From NCBI GenBank assembly GCA_902564025.1, contig CACEZK010000003.1, forward strand, positions 6,740-70,739: a DNA stretch of 64,000 nucleotides, written 5' to 3'. Of this stretch, positions 17,651 through 26,649 are shown one piece after another. Made by a program: the position numbers and the translations under genes. Numbering within the stretch: position 1 is the first letter of the stretch; every line of letters begins with the position of its first letter. The notes beneath the pieces were generated by a model. The model was not told where the DNA came from. It ran no database searches and worked only from the letters and a program-made list of their open reading frames with translations. This stretch comes from an uncultured Pelagibacteraceae bacterium. GTDB taxonomy: Bacteria > Pseudomonadota > Alphaproteobacteria > Pelagibacterales > AG-422-B15.

Positions 17651-17765
17651 CGAGTTTAAAGCAGCTTGCGGACTTAAACAGCTAAGCCACCAGCCGCACA
17701 TAAATATTATGATGCGGTTTTTTTGTTTGCTGCGAAACTCGTAAAATTTAAATAGAGGTAAAAAA
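17651..17765 (+). promoter_or_regulatory. Structured metY 5' leader: terminator-like attenuator plus long-range helix; candidate SAM-II/SAM-V-class riboswitch
   Basis: CCGCAcat-aaatatt-atgaTGCGG plus a T7 run (17694-17724). CGAGTTTaaaGCAGC (17651-65) is complementary to GCTGCgAAACTCG (17729-41). SD-like AGAGG sits 8 nt before the ATG. Confidence 0.5.
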
Positions 17766-19079
17766 ATGGCAAAAAACAAATTTAATCCAGCAGACTCCGT
17801 AAATCCTGAAACTATTGCATTGCATGGCGGCGATTATAGAAGTGATCCTTCTACTACTTCAGTAGCTGTCCCAATTTATCAAACAACATCATATCAGTTT
17901 CATAATACTGAACATGCGGCCAACTTATTTGGAGCAAAAGATTTTGGTAATATTTATACAAGAATAATGAATCCAACAGTAGATGTTCTTGAAAAAAGAG
18001 TTGCAGCAATGGAAGGTGGTGTAGGAGCATTATGTGTTAGTTCAGGTCAGTCAGCTTCAATGCTGAGTATACAAAACTTAGTAAAAGCTGGAGATAATAT
18101 TGTTAGTTCAACAGACCTGTACGGCGGAACATGGAATTTATTTGCTAACACCATGAAAGATCTAGGAATCGAAGTTAGGTTTGCAGACCCAACGGATCCT
18201 GAAAGTTTCAGAAAATTGACAGACGATAATACTCGTGCATATTATGCAGAGACGCTGCCTAATCCAAAACTCAAAGTCTTTCCAATTAGAGAAGTGGCTG
18301 ATATTGGAGATGAATACAATATTCCTCTCATTGTTGATAATACTGCAGCGCCAGTCATATGTAAGCCAATTGAACATGGTGCAACTATCGTTGTACATTC
18401 GCTTACAAAATTCATAGGTGGCCATGGAACGACTATCGGTGGAATAATTGTTGATAGCGGTAAATTTGATTGGGCTAAAGACCCGAAAAGACAACCTATG
18501 TTAAATAATCCTGATCCAAGCTATCACGGAATGATATGGACAGAGTTTGCTAAAGCTGTTGGTCCTATTGCCTACATTGTAAGAGCAAGATTTGTTGGAC
18601 TACGAGACCTAGGTCCCGCTCTTCCACCTCAAAGTGCATTTCAAATAATACAAGGTTTAGAAACCGTGTCATTGAGAATGGAGAAGCATTGCTCTAATGC
18701 AGCAAAAGTGGCTGAGTATCTATCTAATCATAACAAAGTTTCAAGAGTAATATATGCTGGTCTTGATGAAGGCGAAGCGGGTGAAAGAGCTAATAAATAT
18801 CTAAAGGGAGGTCATGGAGCTCTCTGTGGCATTGAACTTAAAGGTGGTAAGGCTAGTGGTGAAAAATTCATCAACAACTTAAACATGTTCTATCACGTAG
18901 CCAATATTGGTGATGCGCGAAGCCTTGCAATTCACCCAGCATCAACTACTCACTCTCAATTGTCTGATGAGGATATGGAGTCTGCCGGTGTAAATCCAAG
19001 TTATGTAAGACTTTCTATCGGAATTGAACATATTGATGACATTATAGAAGATCTGAAAAATGCATTGGATGCGGCATAA
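17766..19079 (+). CDS. metY: O-acetylhomoserine aminocarboxypropyltransferase (sulfhydrylase)
   Basis: PLP Cys/Met-metabolism family; SLTKFIGGHGT (PLP Lys); 437 aa. Confidence 0.92.
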   Translation: MAKNKFNPADSVNPETIALHGGDYRSDPSTTSVAVPIYQTTSYQFHNTEHAANLFGAKDFGNIYTRIMNPTVDVLEKRVAAMEGGVGALCVSSGQSASMLSIQNLVKAGDNIVSSTDLYGGTWNLFANTMKDLGIEVRFADPTDPESFRKLTDDNTRAYYAETLPNPKLKVFPIREVADIGDEYNIPLIVDNTAAPVICKPIEHGATIVVHSLTKFIGGHGTTIGGIIVDSGKFDWAKDPKRQPMLNNPDPSYHGMIWTEFAKAVGPIAYIVRARFVGLRDLGPALPPQSAFQIIQGLETVSLRMEKHCSNAAKVAEYLSNHNKVSRVIYAGLDEGEAGERANKYLKGGHGALCGIELKGGKASGEKFINNLNMFYHVANIGDARSLAIHPASTTHSQLSDEDMESAGVNPSYVRLSIGIEHIDDIIEDLKNALDAA

Positions 19080-19093
19080 GCTGTAATTAATAG

Positions 19094-19128
19094 CCTCTTC
19101 AAGATAAGTTCTCTTGAAGAGGTTTCTT
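19094..19128 (+). terminator. Intrinsic terminator of metY
   Basis: Perfect 11-bp stem CCTCTTCAAGA/TCTTGAAGAGG with a 7-nt loop, followed by TTTCTT. Begins 15 nt after the metY stop and overlaps the last codons of convergent ctaA. Confidence 0.6.
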
Positions 19129-20142
19129 ACTGAACATCCACATAGTAATAGAAAGTAAAAATAAAATAATAGCATTACCTTGGTGAGCAAGTGCTAAATG
19201 CCAAGGAATATTTTGAAAAGTCATTAAGATTCCAAGTAGAATTTGTATTGCAAAGATTGCATTAAATAAAAGTAATAAATAACCATCCTTGATGAATTTA
19301 TTTTCTTTAAAGTAAATATAATTTATATAAATAACTAATAAAAGTAATAATAATGCAGAAGTTCGATGAATAAATATTATATATTCTTTTGTTTCAAAAA
19401 ATTTAATAATACCTTGTAAGTTATTATTTTCGATCAATGGAAAAATATTTCCATCATACATTGGCCAAGTATTATATAATAAACCTGAGTGTGTGCCAGA
19501 AACAAAAGCGCCATAAGCAATTTGTGAGAAAACAAATATTAACAAAAATAAAAATAAATACTCATTTTTTAATTTGTAATATGATTTTTTAACATTAATG
19601 AATTTAATATTATCTTCTATAAATATTTGAAAAGTAAGGCCGAGGATGAAGAAAGCCATTGTTAAATGCATTGCTAGTCGATATTGACTAACATCAACTC
19701 TTCCAATTAAACCACTTTTGACCATATACCAGCCAATTACAGCCTGCAGTCCTAAGAGCAAACCAATTAAAAATATTCTTATTACATATTTTTTATGAAT
19801 TTTATTTTTAATTAACAAAAAAATCAGAGGTAAAAAATATATTACTCCAATAAGCCTTGCAAAAAAACGATGAAACCATTCCCAAAAATAAATAAACTTG
19901 AACTCATTTATTGTCATTGAACTATTAACAAGCATAAATTCGTCAATTTTTTTATATTTATTGAATTCTAATTGCCATTGAGCCTCAGTAAATGGATACA
20001 TTACCCCTGATAGTGGCAGCCATTCTGTTATCGATAGACCGGAGTCTGATATCCTAGTGTAGCCTCCAATCAGTATTATCGTACAAATAGATATAGATAG
20101 AGAAAGTAGCCAAATTGAAAATATATTGATTTTCGGTGTCAT
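19099..20142 (-). CDS. ctaA: Heme A synthase (COX15/CtaA)
   Basis: 347-aa, 8-TM protein. GGYTR..SGLSITEW N-terminus and conserved His-containing helices of COX15. Confidence 0.85.
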   Translation of the reverse strand: MTPKINIFSIWLLSLSISICTIILIGGYTRISDSGLSITEWLPLSGVMYPFTEAQWQLEFNKYKKIDEFMLVNSSMTINEFKFIYFWEWFHRFFARLIGVIYFLPLIFLLIKNKIHKKYVIRIFLIGLLLGLQAVIGWYMVKSGLIGRVDVSQYRLAMHLTMAFFILGLTFQIFIEDNIKFINVKKSYYKLKNEYLFLFLLIFVFSQIAYGAFVSGTHSGLLYNTWPMYDGNIFPLIENNNLQGIIKFFETKEYIIFIHRTSALLLLLLVIYINYIYFKENKFIKDGYLLLLFNAIFAIQILLGILMTFQNIPWHLALAHQGNAIILFLLSITMWMFSKKPLQENLS

Positions 20143-20160
20143 AATTATTACATATTTAGT

Positions 20161-20355
20161 ATGCTAAAAACAAAGAAGTTATTAAGTATTATAATCTTTA
20201 TATTAATGATGTTTTTATATTGTCTATTAGTTATGGCTTTTTTAATTAAAATCAACTTTAATAATTGGTTAGTAGAACTTGTTGTATATTTTATTTTGGG
20301 TATTATCTGGGTTTTCCCGTCAATGTATATATTGAGACCATTCAAAAAAAGATGA
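20161..20355 (+). CDS. DUF2842-like small 2-TM membrane protein
   Basis: 64 aa. The KKLLSIIIFILMMFLYCLLVMAF ... LVVYFILGIIWVFPSMYILRPF pattern matches alphaproteobacterial DUF2842, commonly divergent from COX15. Confidence 0.55.
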   Translation: MLKTKKLLSIIIFILMMFLYCLLVMAFLIKINFNNWLVELVVYFILGIIWVFPSMYILRPFKKR

Positions 20356-20645
20356 TTACTAAAAAAAATAAAACAGTTGCTATGAAAGAAATAAGAAAGA
20401 GAATTGATAAAGTCGATTCAAAATTAATACCGTTGATGGTAAGAAGGTCAAAATTAGTAAACAAAGCGCTTGAACTTAAAACAAAAAAATCCGAAATTGT
20501 TGATGTAAGAAGAATTAACCAAATAAAAAATAAAGTAATAAAACAGACAAAAAAACTTGAGGGTAACCCGAAATTAATAAGTGAGATTTGGTTATCTATT
20601 ATAAAAAATTTTATTGATTTTGAGAGAAGGAATTTTAAAAAGTGA
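20352..20645 (+). CDS. Chorismate mutase (AroQ class, monofunctional)
   Basis: I start at the internal Met (MITKKNK...), which forms an ATGA overlap with the upstream stop. IRKRIDKVDSKLIPLMVRRSKLV is AroQ helix 1. The track ORF starts at 20265. Confidence 0.7.
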   Translation: MITKKNKTVAMKEIRKRIDKVDSKLIPLMVRRSKLVNKALELKTKKSEIVDVRRINQIKNKVIKQTKKLEGNPKLISEIWLSIIKNFIDFERRNFKK

Positions 20646-20837
20646 TTACTTGCTATGAGGTGGCAATTTTTTTTCTATGAACCACTCATGCTTTTTTGTT
20701 GCAGGGTTATATTTTTTCATTCTTAATTTGTCTTTTGCTTTCAAACCTGAAGTTGGTTTCTTTGCGTAATAATAAAACTTGCTATCAGTTTTCTCTTCAG
20801 GGACAAGACGAACTTTAACAGTTGATTTTTTTGCCAT
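20646..20837 (-). CDS. rpmG: 50S ribosomal protein L33
   Basis: MAKK..VKVRLV...FYYYAKK...KLRMKKYNPATKKHEWFIEKKL follows the L33 pattern, with a short C-terminal extension. Confidence 0.8.
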   Translation of the reverse strand: MAKKSTVKVRLVPEEKTDSKFYYYAKKPTSGLKAKDKLRMKKYNPATKKHEWFIEKKLPPHSK

Positions 20838-21262
20838 TATTTATTATCTAAGTTTTTTTTTAATTTTACTAAGTCCTCTAATACACTCATTAGTTTTCTT
20901 CTTTTAGAATCATTCATAGAATGATGAGGTGTCGAACTAATGTTTGATTGGTCATTATTATCTTTTTCATATTCTGTAAAGATTTTATTTTCTGTTTCTA
21001 CTTTAATTAGTTTTTTTGTACCATTTTCTTTAATTACTTTTTGTACTCCTCTTATCGTATAACCATCATTGTAAAGTAAACTTTTTATCCCTTTGAGCAA
21101 TTTAACATCTTCAGGTCTATAGTATCTTCGACCGCCTCCTCTTTTAATAGGTTTAATTTGCACAAACTTTGTTTCCCAAAACCTTAGGACATGCTGCGGT
21201 AGTGAGAGGTCTTTGGATACTTCACTAATTGTTCGAAATGCCTCAGGTGACTTTGAACTCAT
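20837..21262 (-). CDS. MerR-family transcriptional regulator
   Basis: [35 protein letters not shown]. Conserved position downstream of ihfA in alphaproteobacteria. Confidence 0.85.
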   Translation of the reverse strand: MSSKSPEAFRTISEVSKDLSLPQHVLRFWETKFVQIKPIKRGGGRRYYRPEDVKLLKGIKSLLYNDGYTIRGVQKVIKENGTKKLIKVETENKIFTEYEKDNNDQSNISSTPHHSMNDSKRRKLMSVLEDLVKLKKNLDNK

Positions 21263-21580
21263 TTAATTTATACCTTCTATATTCAATTTATTTCGTGAAT
21301 TTACTTTAGACTTCAAAACATTTGACGCCCTAAAAGTTACTACGCTTCGCGCAGTTATTGGTACTTCTTGGCCAGTTTTTGGATTTCTACCAATTCTTTC
21401 TTTTTTTTTCCTGACAACGAACGTCCCAAAAGATGAGATCTTCACATCATCACCTTGGATAAGACTTTTTAAAATTTCTCCAAAAACCGAGTCAACAAGT
21501 GTGGCAGACTCGTTTCTAGAAAGACCTACATTCTTGAAAACAGCTTCACTGAGTGTAGATCTGGTTGTAGTCTTATCCAT
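21263..21580 (-). CDS. ihfA: Integration host factor subunit alpha
   Basis: HU/IHF fold; [28 protein letters not shown]. Confidence 0.9.
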   Translation of the reverse strand: MDKTTTRSTLSEAVFKNVGLSRNESATLVDSVFGEILKSLIQGDDVKISSFGTFVVRKKKERIGRNPKTGQEVPITARSVVTFRASNVLKSKVNSRNKLNIEGIN

Positions 21581-21638
21581 AGGAAAAATTATATAAAATT
21601 AGTGACTTATAACAATAAATAAATACTTTTTTTACCAT

Positions 21639-22682
21639 TTAAATGGCCATTCTACTTCTCATTTCTTTCACGTATTTCTTTATTTTTTCGTTTACGTCAT
21701 TTGCAAGCAAGGAATAAATGATATCCGCAGCGTATGAGACACCCTTAAATTCGGATTGTCCATGACATTTAACTACCAAAGCATTCAATCCCATTAAAAT
21801 ACCACAATTATGCACCCTTGGGTCAAGTCTCTCCTTAACTGACCTTAAAGCAATTGAAGATAGCAAATATCCAATCTTAGAGAATACTGAACTTTGATAA
21901 GCGTTGTTAAGATGATTTTGAAAAAGCTTTGCAGTTCCTTCAGCGGTCTTTAATGCAATATTTCCTGTGAACCCATCTGTAACAACTACATTTGTTTTTC
22001 CAATTGAAATATCGTTTCCCTCGATGTAACCAAAATAATTGATTAAATTTGATTTATCGAGCTCTTTTAGAATATTTGAGGCTTGCTTAATTTCTTCATT
22101 TCCTTTGATATCCTCACTTCCAACATTTAGGATACCAATGGAGGGCTTATCTATTTTAAGTAATATTGATGCCAAACTTGAACCTAATACTGCGTTATCT
22201 ACAAGGTATTTTGAATTCAATTTAGTATTCGCACCAAGATCTAAAACAATCGACTCACCTTTTAGGTTTGGCCAAATTGATGCTATAGAGGGTCGTTTTA
22301 TTTCGGACAATGTCTTAATGTTTAATAATGATAAAGTCATTAATGCTCCGGTATTACCAAATGATAGGACCGCATCAGAGTTATTTTCCTCTACTGATTT
22401 TATTGATAAATACATGCTTGATTGATTTTTTGATTTAATTATTTCAGATGGTTTATCCTCCATGGAGATACTGTCCTGACACTCAATTATTTCTGAGGCA
22501 GCTTGTAGTTTTTTAAATTTCTTAATTTTTTTTACTATTATTCTTTTATTTCCGTATAAGTGAAATCTATAATTTATGTTTCTTAGTAAAGATTGTTCAA
22601 GCCCTTTTAAAATTTCATGAGTTTTTGTTTCACTGCCTAACATATCAACAGCTAATTTAAAATTTTGGACTGTATTATTCAT
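21639..22682 (-). CDS. plsX: Phosphate acyltransferase PlsX
   Basis: VVTDGFTGNIALKTAEG and VKCHG motifs; 347 aa. Confidence 0.9.
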   Translation of the reverse strand: MNNTVQNFKLAVDMLGSETKTHEILKGLEQSLLRNINYRFHLYGNKRIIVKKIKKFKKLQAASEIIECQDSISMEDKPSEIIKSKNQSSMYLSIKSVEENNSDAVLSFGNTGALMTLSLLNIKTLSEIKRPSIASIWPNLKGESIVLDLGANTKLNSKYLVDNAVLGSSLASILLKIDKPSIGILNVGSEDIKGNEEIKQASNILKELDKSNLINYFGYIEGNDISIGKTNVVVTDGFTGNIALKTAEGTAKLFQNHLNNAYQSSVFSKIGYLLSSIALRSVKERLDPRVHNCGILMGLNALVVKCHGQSEFKGVSYAADIIYSLLANDVNEKIKKYVKEMRSRMAI

Positions 22683-23208
22683 TAAATTTTAAATATTTAA
22701 AATTACAGTCAATGTTATCTTGTTCTGATTTACTTTCAAAATAAAATATATTTTTAATAATATATCTTGCAAAAACAGTTGAAGTCTTCTCATGAGCAAT
22801 ATTTCCCTTAAAGATATTGTTTAAGATCGCTTTTTCTAGCAATGATTTATCCTCTTCTTTTTTAAGTAGATCAAAGCCCTTATTGTATTGTGACAATCGC
22901 CCATAAAATGCTCTGATAAAAATCTTCATTTTCTTATTTACCGCGATATCACCAAATCCCATTTCTCTGAGATTATTTTCAAAGTCATTAAACATATAAT
23001 CAAAGAGTTTCTGAGGTATTTCCGACTTATTTATTTTTTTTGCTTTATAAAAATAAAAAATCATAAAGGCATGAAATATAATAAGATCAAATCTAGTTTC
23101 AAAGCTATCTTCCATTCCATAATCAATATAGAAGAACTTTGATCTCGATATTTCTACAATATTCTGATAAATTTTTTTAATTAGATTATTATTGTCTTTT
23201 ACTAACAT
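22675..23208 (-). CDS. Ubiquinol-cytochrome c chaperone (CBP3/UQCC1-like) family protein
   Basis: FETRFDLIIFHAFMIFY..., REMGFGDIAVNKKMK. Conserved alphaproteobacterial position between bamE and plsX. Confidence 0.65.
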   Translation of the reverse strand: MLVKDNNNLIKKIYQNIVEISRSKFFYIDYGMEDSFETRFDLIIFHAFMIFYFYKAKKINKSEIPQKLFDYMFNDFENNLREMGFGDIAVNKKMKIFIRAFYGRLSQYNKGFDLLKKEEDKSLLEKAILNNIFKGNIAHEKTSTVFARYIIKNIFYFESKSEQDNIDCNFKYLKFNE

Positions 23209-23647
23209 GAATATTTTTAAATATATTTATTTATTAACTATTTTTATATTTATATATAGTTGCACTCCTATAAATAAGCAACATGGATATCTGTTGGATG
23301 ATTTAGTAATTTCTGCAGAAAAAATATCAAAATTTGAGGTTCAAAATACTACAACAAAAGAAATATTTAATGCAATGGGTTCACCTTCAATAAGAATAGA
23401 TGATGTCAATAATGTTTGGATCTACTTGTTATCACTTAAGGAAAAAAACGTTTTTGAAAAGGATGCTCTTCTATATCAAAATATACATAGGTTTGAATTT
23501 AACGAGAACGGTATCTTGATAAATAAGGAAGTGCTTACAGCAGAGGACTTTAATGAAATAGCATTCTCGCCAGAAGTTACTAAAGTTAGAAGGGACGCCT
23601 ACAGCATTACAGACCAGCTCTATGACGCATTTACTAGGGGTCAGTAA
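23207..23647 (+). CDS. bamE: Outer-membrane assembly lipoprotein BamE (SmpA/OmlA)
   Basis: MNIFKYIYLLTIFIFIYSC is a lipobox signal. I prefer the ATG at 23207 over the track's TTG at 23192. Confidence 0.7.
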   Translation: MNIFKYIYLLTIFIFIYSCTPINKQHGYLLDDLVISAEKISKFEVQNTTTKEIFNAMGSPSIRIDDVNNVWIYLLSLKEKNVFEKDALLYQNIHRFEFNENGILINKEVLTAEDFNEIAFSPEVTKVRRDAYSITDQLYDAFTRGQ

Positions 23648-23651
23648 AAAA

Positions 23652-25724
23652 CTATAAAGCAGCCAATAGCAATAATGCTACAATGTTTGTAATCTTAATC
23701 ATTGGATTTACTGCTGGTCCTGCAGTATCTTTGTAAGGGTCACCAACAGTATCTCCTGTTACAGCAGCTTTATGAGCTTCAGATCCCTTACCTCCAAAAT
23801 TACCATCTTCAACATACTTTTTTGCATTATCCCAAGCTCCACCACCAGCAGTCATTGATATAGCAACGAATATACCTGTAACAATCACACCAAGCAACAT
23901 TGCTCCTACTGAAGATACGGCAGCATTTTGATCTGCTACAATTGATATAATTAAAAATAGAATTATTGGTGACAAAACAGGTAACATTGATGGAATTATC
24001 ATTTCTTTGATGGCTGATTTTGTCAGCATGTCTACTGATCTAGAATAATCAGGTTTAGACTCTCCTGTCATAATGCCTGGATTGTCAGCAAATTGTTTTC
24101 TAACCTCTTCAACAACAGCTCCACCTGCTCTACCAACAGCCATCATTCCCATTGACGCGAAAAGATAGGGTAATAGACCTCCAATCAACAATCCAACAAC
24201 CACGTATGGATTTTCTAAACTAAAATCTGGAGTTAAACTTGACACTAATTTCAAATCCTCCACATATGCAGCAAACAAAACTAAAGCTCCCAAACCTGCA
24301 GATCCAATTGCATATCCTTTTGTTACTGCCTTAGTTGTATTACCTACAGCATCAAGTGCATCGGTAGTTTTTCTTACATTTTCATCTAAATTTGACATTT
24401 CGGCAATGCCTCCGGCATTATCTGTGACTGGACCATATGCGTCTAATGCGACAACCATACCTGCTAGAGCTAGCATTGCTGTTACAGCGATGGCTATTCC
24501 AAATAAGCCAGCTAATTGATAGGTAGTTACAATTCCTACTACGATTACTAATGCAGGAAGAGCAGTAGCTTCCATGGAGACCGCGAGACCTTGAATAACA
24601 TTTGTTCCATGACCAGTGGTTGATGCTTTAGCCACACTTTGAACTGGTCTATAATTAGTACCAGTATAATATTCTGTTATCCAAATAAGAAGTCCAGTAA
24701 TAACGATGCCAATAATTGAGCATATGTAAAGTGAACTTCCTGTAAACGATGTATTGCCAAATGTAAATTCCGCTGACATATCACCTAATACAAATAGCGT
24801 TATGGGATAAATAAATATTAGAGATAAAATAGCTGAAGCAATAAAACCTTTATACAATGCACCCATAATGCTTTGTGAAGAACCCAATCTAACAAAGAAA
24901 GTACCGATTATGGAAGCAACTAAGCAACTGCCTCCAATTGCCATTGGATAAATGGTCATCATGTAAGCAGTTTCACCTGTAAAGAAGATTGTTGCCAAAA
25001 CCATTGTAGCTACAATTGTAACTGCATAAGTTTCAAATAAATCAGCTGCCATTCCAGCACAATCACCCACATTGTCACCAACATTATCAGCTATTACCGC
25101 AGGGTTTCTTGGATCATCTTCAGGTATTCCAGCTTCAACTTTACCCACAAGATCTGCTCCAACATCCGCCCCTTTTGTGAATATTCCACCTCCAAGTCTC
25201 GCAAAGATAGAAATAAGAGATGCGCCAAAACCTAATGCAACAAGTGCATGTTTGAGAGTTTCGTCTGAAACTGAATAAGAATCCAAAACTGCATAGTAAA
25301 CTGATATAGACAATAGAGCTAGTCCAGCTACAAGCATTCCTGTAACCGCCCCAGCCTTGAAAGCAACATTAAGTCCTTTTCCCAAGCTCTCACTAGCCGC
25401 TTGAGCAGTTCTAACATTAGCTCTCACAGAAATTATCATTCCTATATAACCTGCAGCACCTGAGAGAATTGCTCCAATTAAGTAACCCCCAACGACCCAT
25501 AAATCTCTAAAAAACAAATATAAAAGAACACATATGACTGCGCCAACAATGCCAATTGTTGTATATTGTCTATTAAGATATGCTTGAGCGCCAACTTGAA
25601 TTGCTGATGAAATTTCTTGCATTTTTTCGCTTCCAGCATCTGATTTTAAAACTGAATTTCCAGCCCAAAATCCATAGATAATTGATAGAATACCAGAGAA
25701 AATTACTAGATTTAATATACTCAT
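23652..25724 (-). CDS. hppA: Membrane H+-translocating pyrophosphatase, K+-independent type
   Basis: [27 protein letters not shown] and [16 protein letters not shown] (Lys in GNTTKA marks the K+-insensitive subfamily); 690 aa. Confidence 0.93.
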   Translation of the reverse strand: MSILNLVIFSGILSIIYGFWAGNSVLKSDAGSEKMQEISSAIQVGAQAYLNRQYTTIGIVGAVICVLLYLFFRDLWVVGGYLIGAILSGAAGYIGMIISVRANVRTAQAASESLGKGLNVAFKAGAVTGMLVAGLALLSISVYYAVLDSYSVSDETLKHALVALGFGASLISIFARLGGGIFTKGADVGADLVGKVEAGIPEDDPRNPAVIADNVGDNVGDCAGMAADLFETYAVTIVATMVLATIFFTGETAYMMTIYPMAIGGSCLVASIIGTFFVRLGSSQSIMGALYKGFIASAILSLIFIYPITLFVLGDMSAEFTFGNTSFTGSSLYICSIIGIVITGLLIWITEYYTGTNYRPVQSVAKASTTGHGTNVIQGLAVSMEATALPALVIVVGIVTTYQLAGLFGIAIAVTAMLALAGMVVALDAYGPVTDNAGGIAEMSNLDENVRKTTDALDAVGNTTKAVTKGYAIGSAGLGALVLFAAYVEDLKLVSSLTPDFSLENPYVVVGLLIGGLLPYLFASMGMMAVGRAGGAVVEEVRKQFADNPGIMTGESKPDYSRSVDMLTKSAIKEMIIPSMLPVLSPIILFLIISIVADQNAAVSSVGAMLLGVIVTGIFVAISMTAGGGAWDNAKKYVEDGNFGGKGSEAHKAAVTGDTVGDPYKDTAGPAVNPMIKITNIVALLLLAAL

Positions 25725-25800
25725 GTCATGTGTCCTTGATTATTTGTTTCTGGTGGAGAAAATGCCAAAAATTACGTAAATATGCAACTTTTATTTTATT

Positions 25801-26229
25801 CTATATTTCTTTGAGATTATCAAGTACTCCGTTTAAAAGTGCAGCCTCTTTATTTCCAAAAAAATGATTTGATATCAACAAATACTCAGAAATAAGTATT
25901 TTCTTTGATATCTCGTTTTTTACAGAAATTTCATATATCGCACATCTAAAAATTGATAATAATAACTTATCAAAAGAATGGAACTTTTCCTGATTATTTA
26001 GAGAGTTTTTTAATATTAAGTCTATTGCTTTAAGACTCGAATATACTCCATTGTAAATTTCCTTAGTCAGCAATAATTTTACGCCATCTAATTTATTTTT
26101 AAAATCAGCATTTTCTATTATATGAGACATCAATTCATCAAAAGGTAGGTCTATTCCTTTAATGTTGATTGAATTTTCATAGAGAGCCTGAACAGCTAAG
26201 AGTCTCTGATATGATTTAATATCAGACAT
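25801..26229 (-). CDS. nusB: Transcription antitermination factor NusB
   Basis: RLLAVQALYE N-terminus; immediately downstream of ribH. Confidence 0.85.
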   Translation of the reverse strand: MSDIKSYQRLLAVQALYENSINIKGIDLPFDELMSHIIENADFKNKLDGVKLLLTKEIYNGVYSSLKAIDLILKNSLNNQEKFHSFDKLLLSIFRCAIYEISVKNEISKKILISEYLLISNHFFGNKEAALLNGVLDNLKEI

Positions 26230-26235
26230 TAAAAT

Positions 26236-26649
26236 TTAATTATTTAAAACTGATATTGCTGCCAAAACTGCCTCTTTTGCCCTGTTAAGTTTTTTTGAAG
26301 ACCTATCAATTGCTTGTTTGAGACTGGTACAAGTTAGAATAGAATTTGATACTGGTATTCTTTTGTCAATAGAAATAGATAAGAGTGAATTTGTAATTGC
26401 ATTAGCAATAAACTCATAATGGTCTGTTTTGCCTTTTATAATACAACCAACTGCAATGACTGCATCATACTTATTTTTCTTAAGAAGAACAGATATTTGA
26501 ACAGGAATTTCCAATGATCCATTTACTTTATATAAATCGTAATTGCATTTATGTTTTTTTAACTCTGATGTTGCGCCACTTAAAAGGCCATTTGTTATTT
26601 TTGGATAAAAATTTGAGGCTACAATCAGAAATTTATATTTTTTACTCAT
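26236..26649 (-). CDS. ribH: 6,7-dimethyl-8-ribityllumazine synthase
   Basis: FLIVASNFY..., VNGSLEIP, GCIIKGKTDHYEFI. Confidence 0.88.
   Translation of the reverse strand: MSKKYKFLIVASNFYPKITNGLLSGATSELKKHKCNYDLYKVNGSLEIPVQISVLLKKNKYDAVIAVGCIIKGKTDHYEFIANAITNSLLSISIDKRIPVSNSILTCTSLKQAIDRSSKKLNRAKEAVLAAISVLNN

Noticed and set aside
20148-20345. 65-aa minus-strand ORF mirroring the DUF2842-like gene
   Set aside because: It is the opposite-strand shadow of a plus-strand ORF. The plus-strand ORF has a convincing 2-TM DUF2842 pattern and an ATGA junction with chorismate mutase. The minus-strand product is low-complexity Ile/Asn/Lys.
22039-22425. Long antisense ORFs inside known genes, including 11871-12059, 13190-13417, 14981-15271, 18162-18494, 22039-22425, 27489-27845, 29954-30304, 30960-31367, 35179-35523 and 56580-56879
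   Set aside because: All lie fully within, and antisense to, confidently identified conserved genes. Their products are low-complexity Ser/Leu/Phe/Ile-rich, with no motifs, no start context and no plausible promoter space. This is the typical shadow-frame effect of codon bias.
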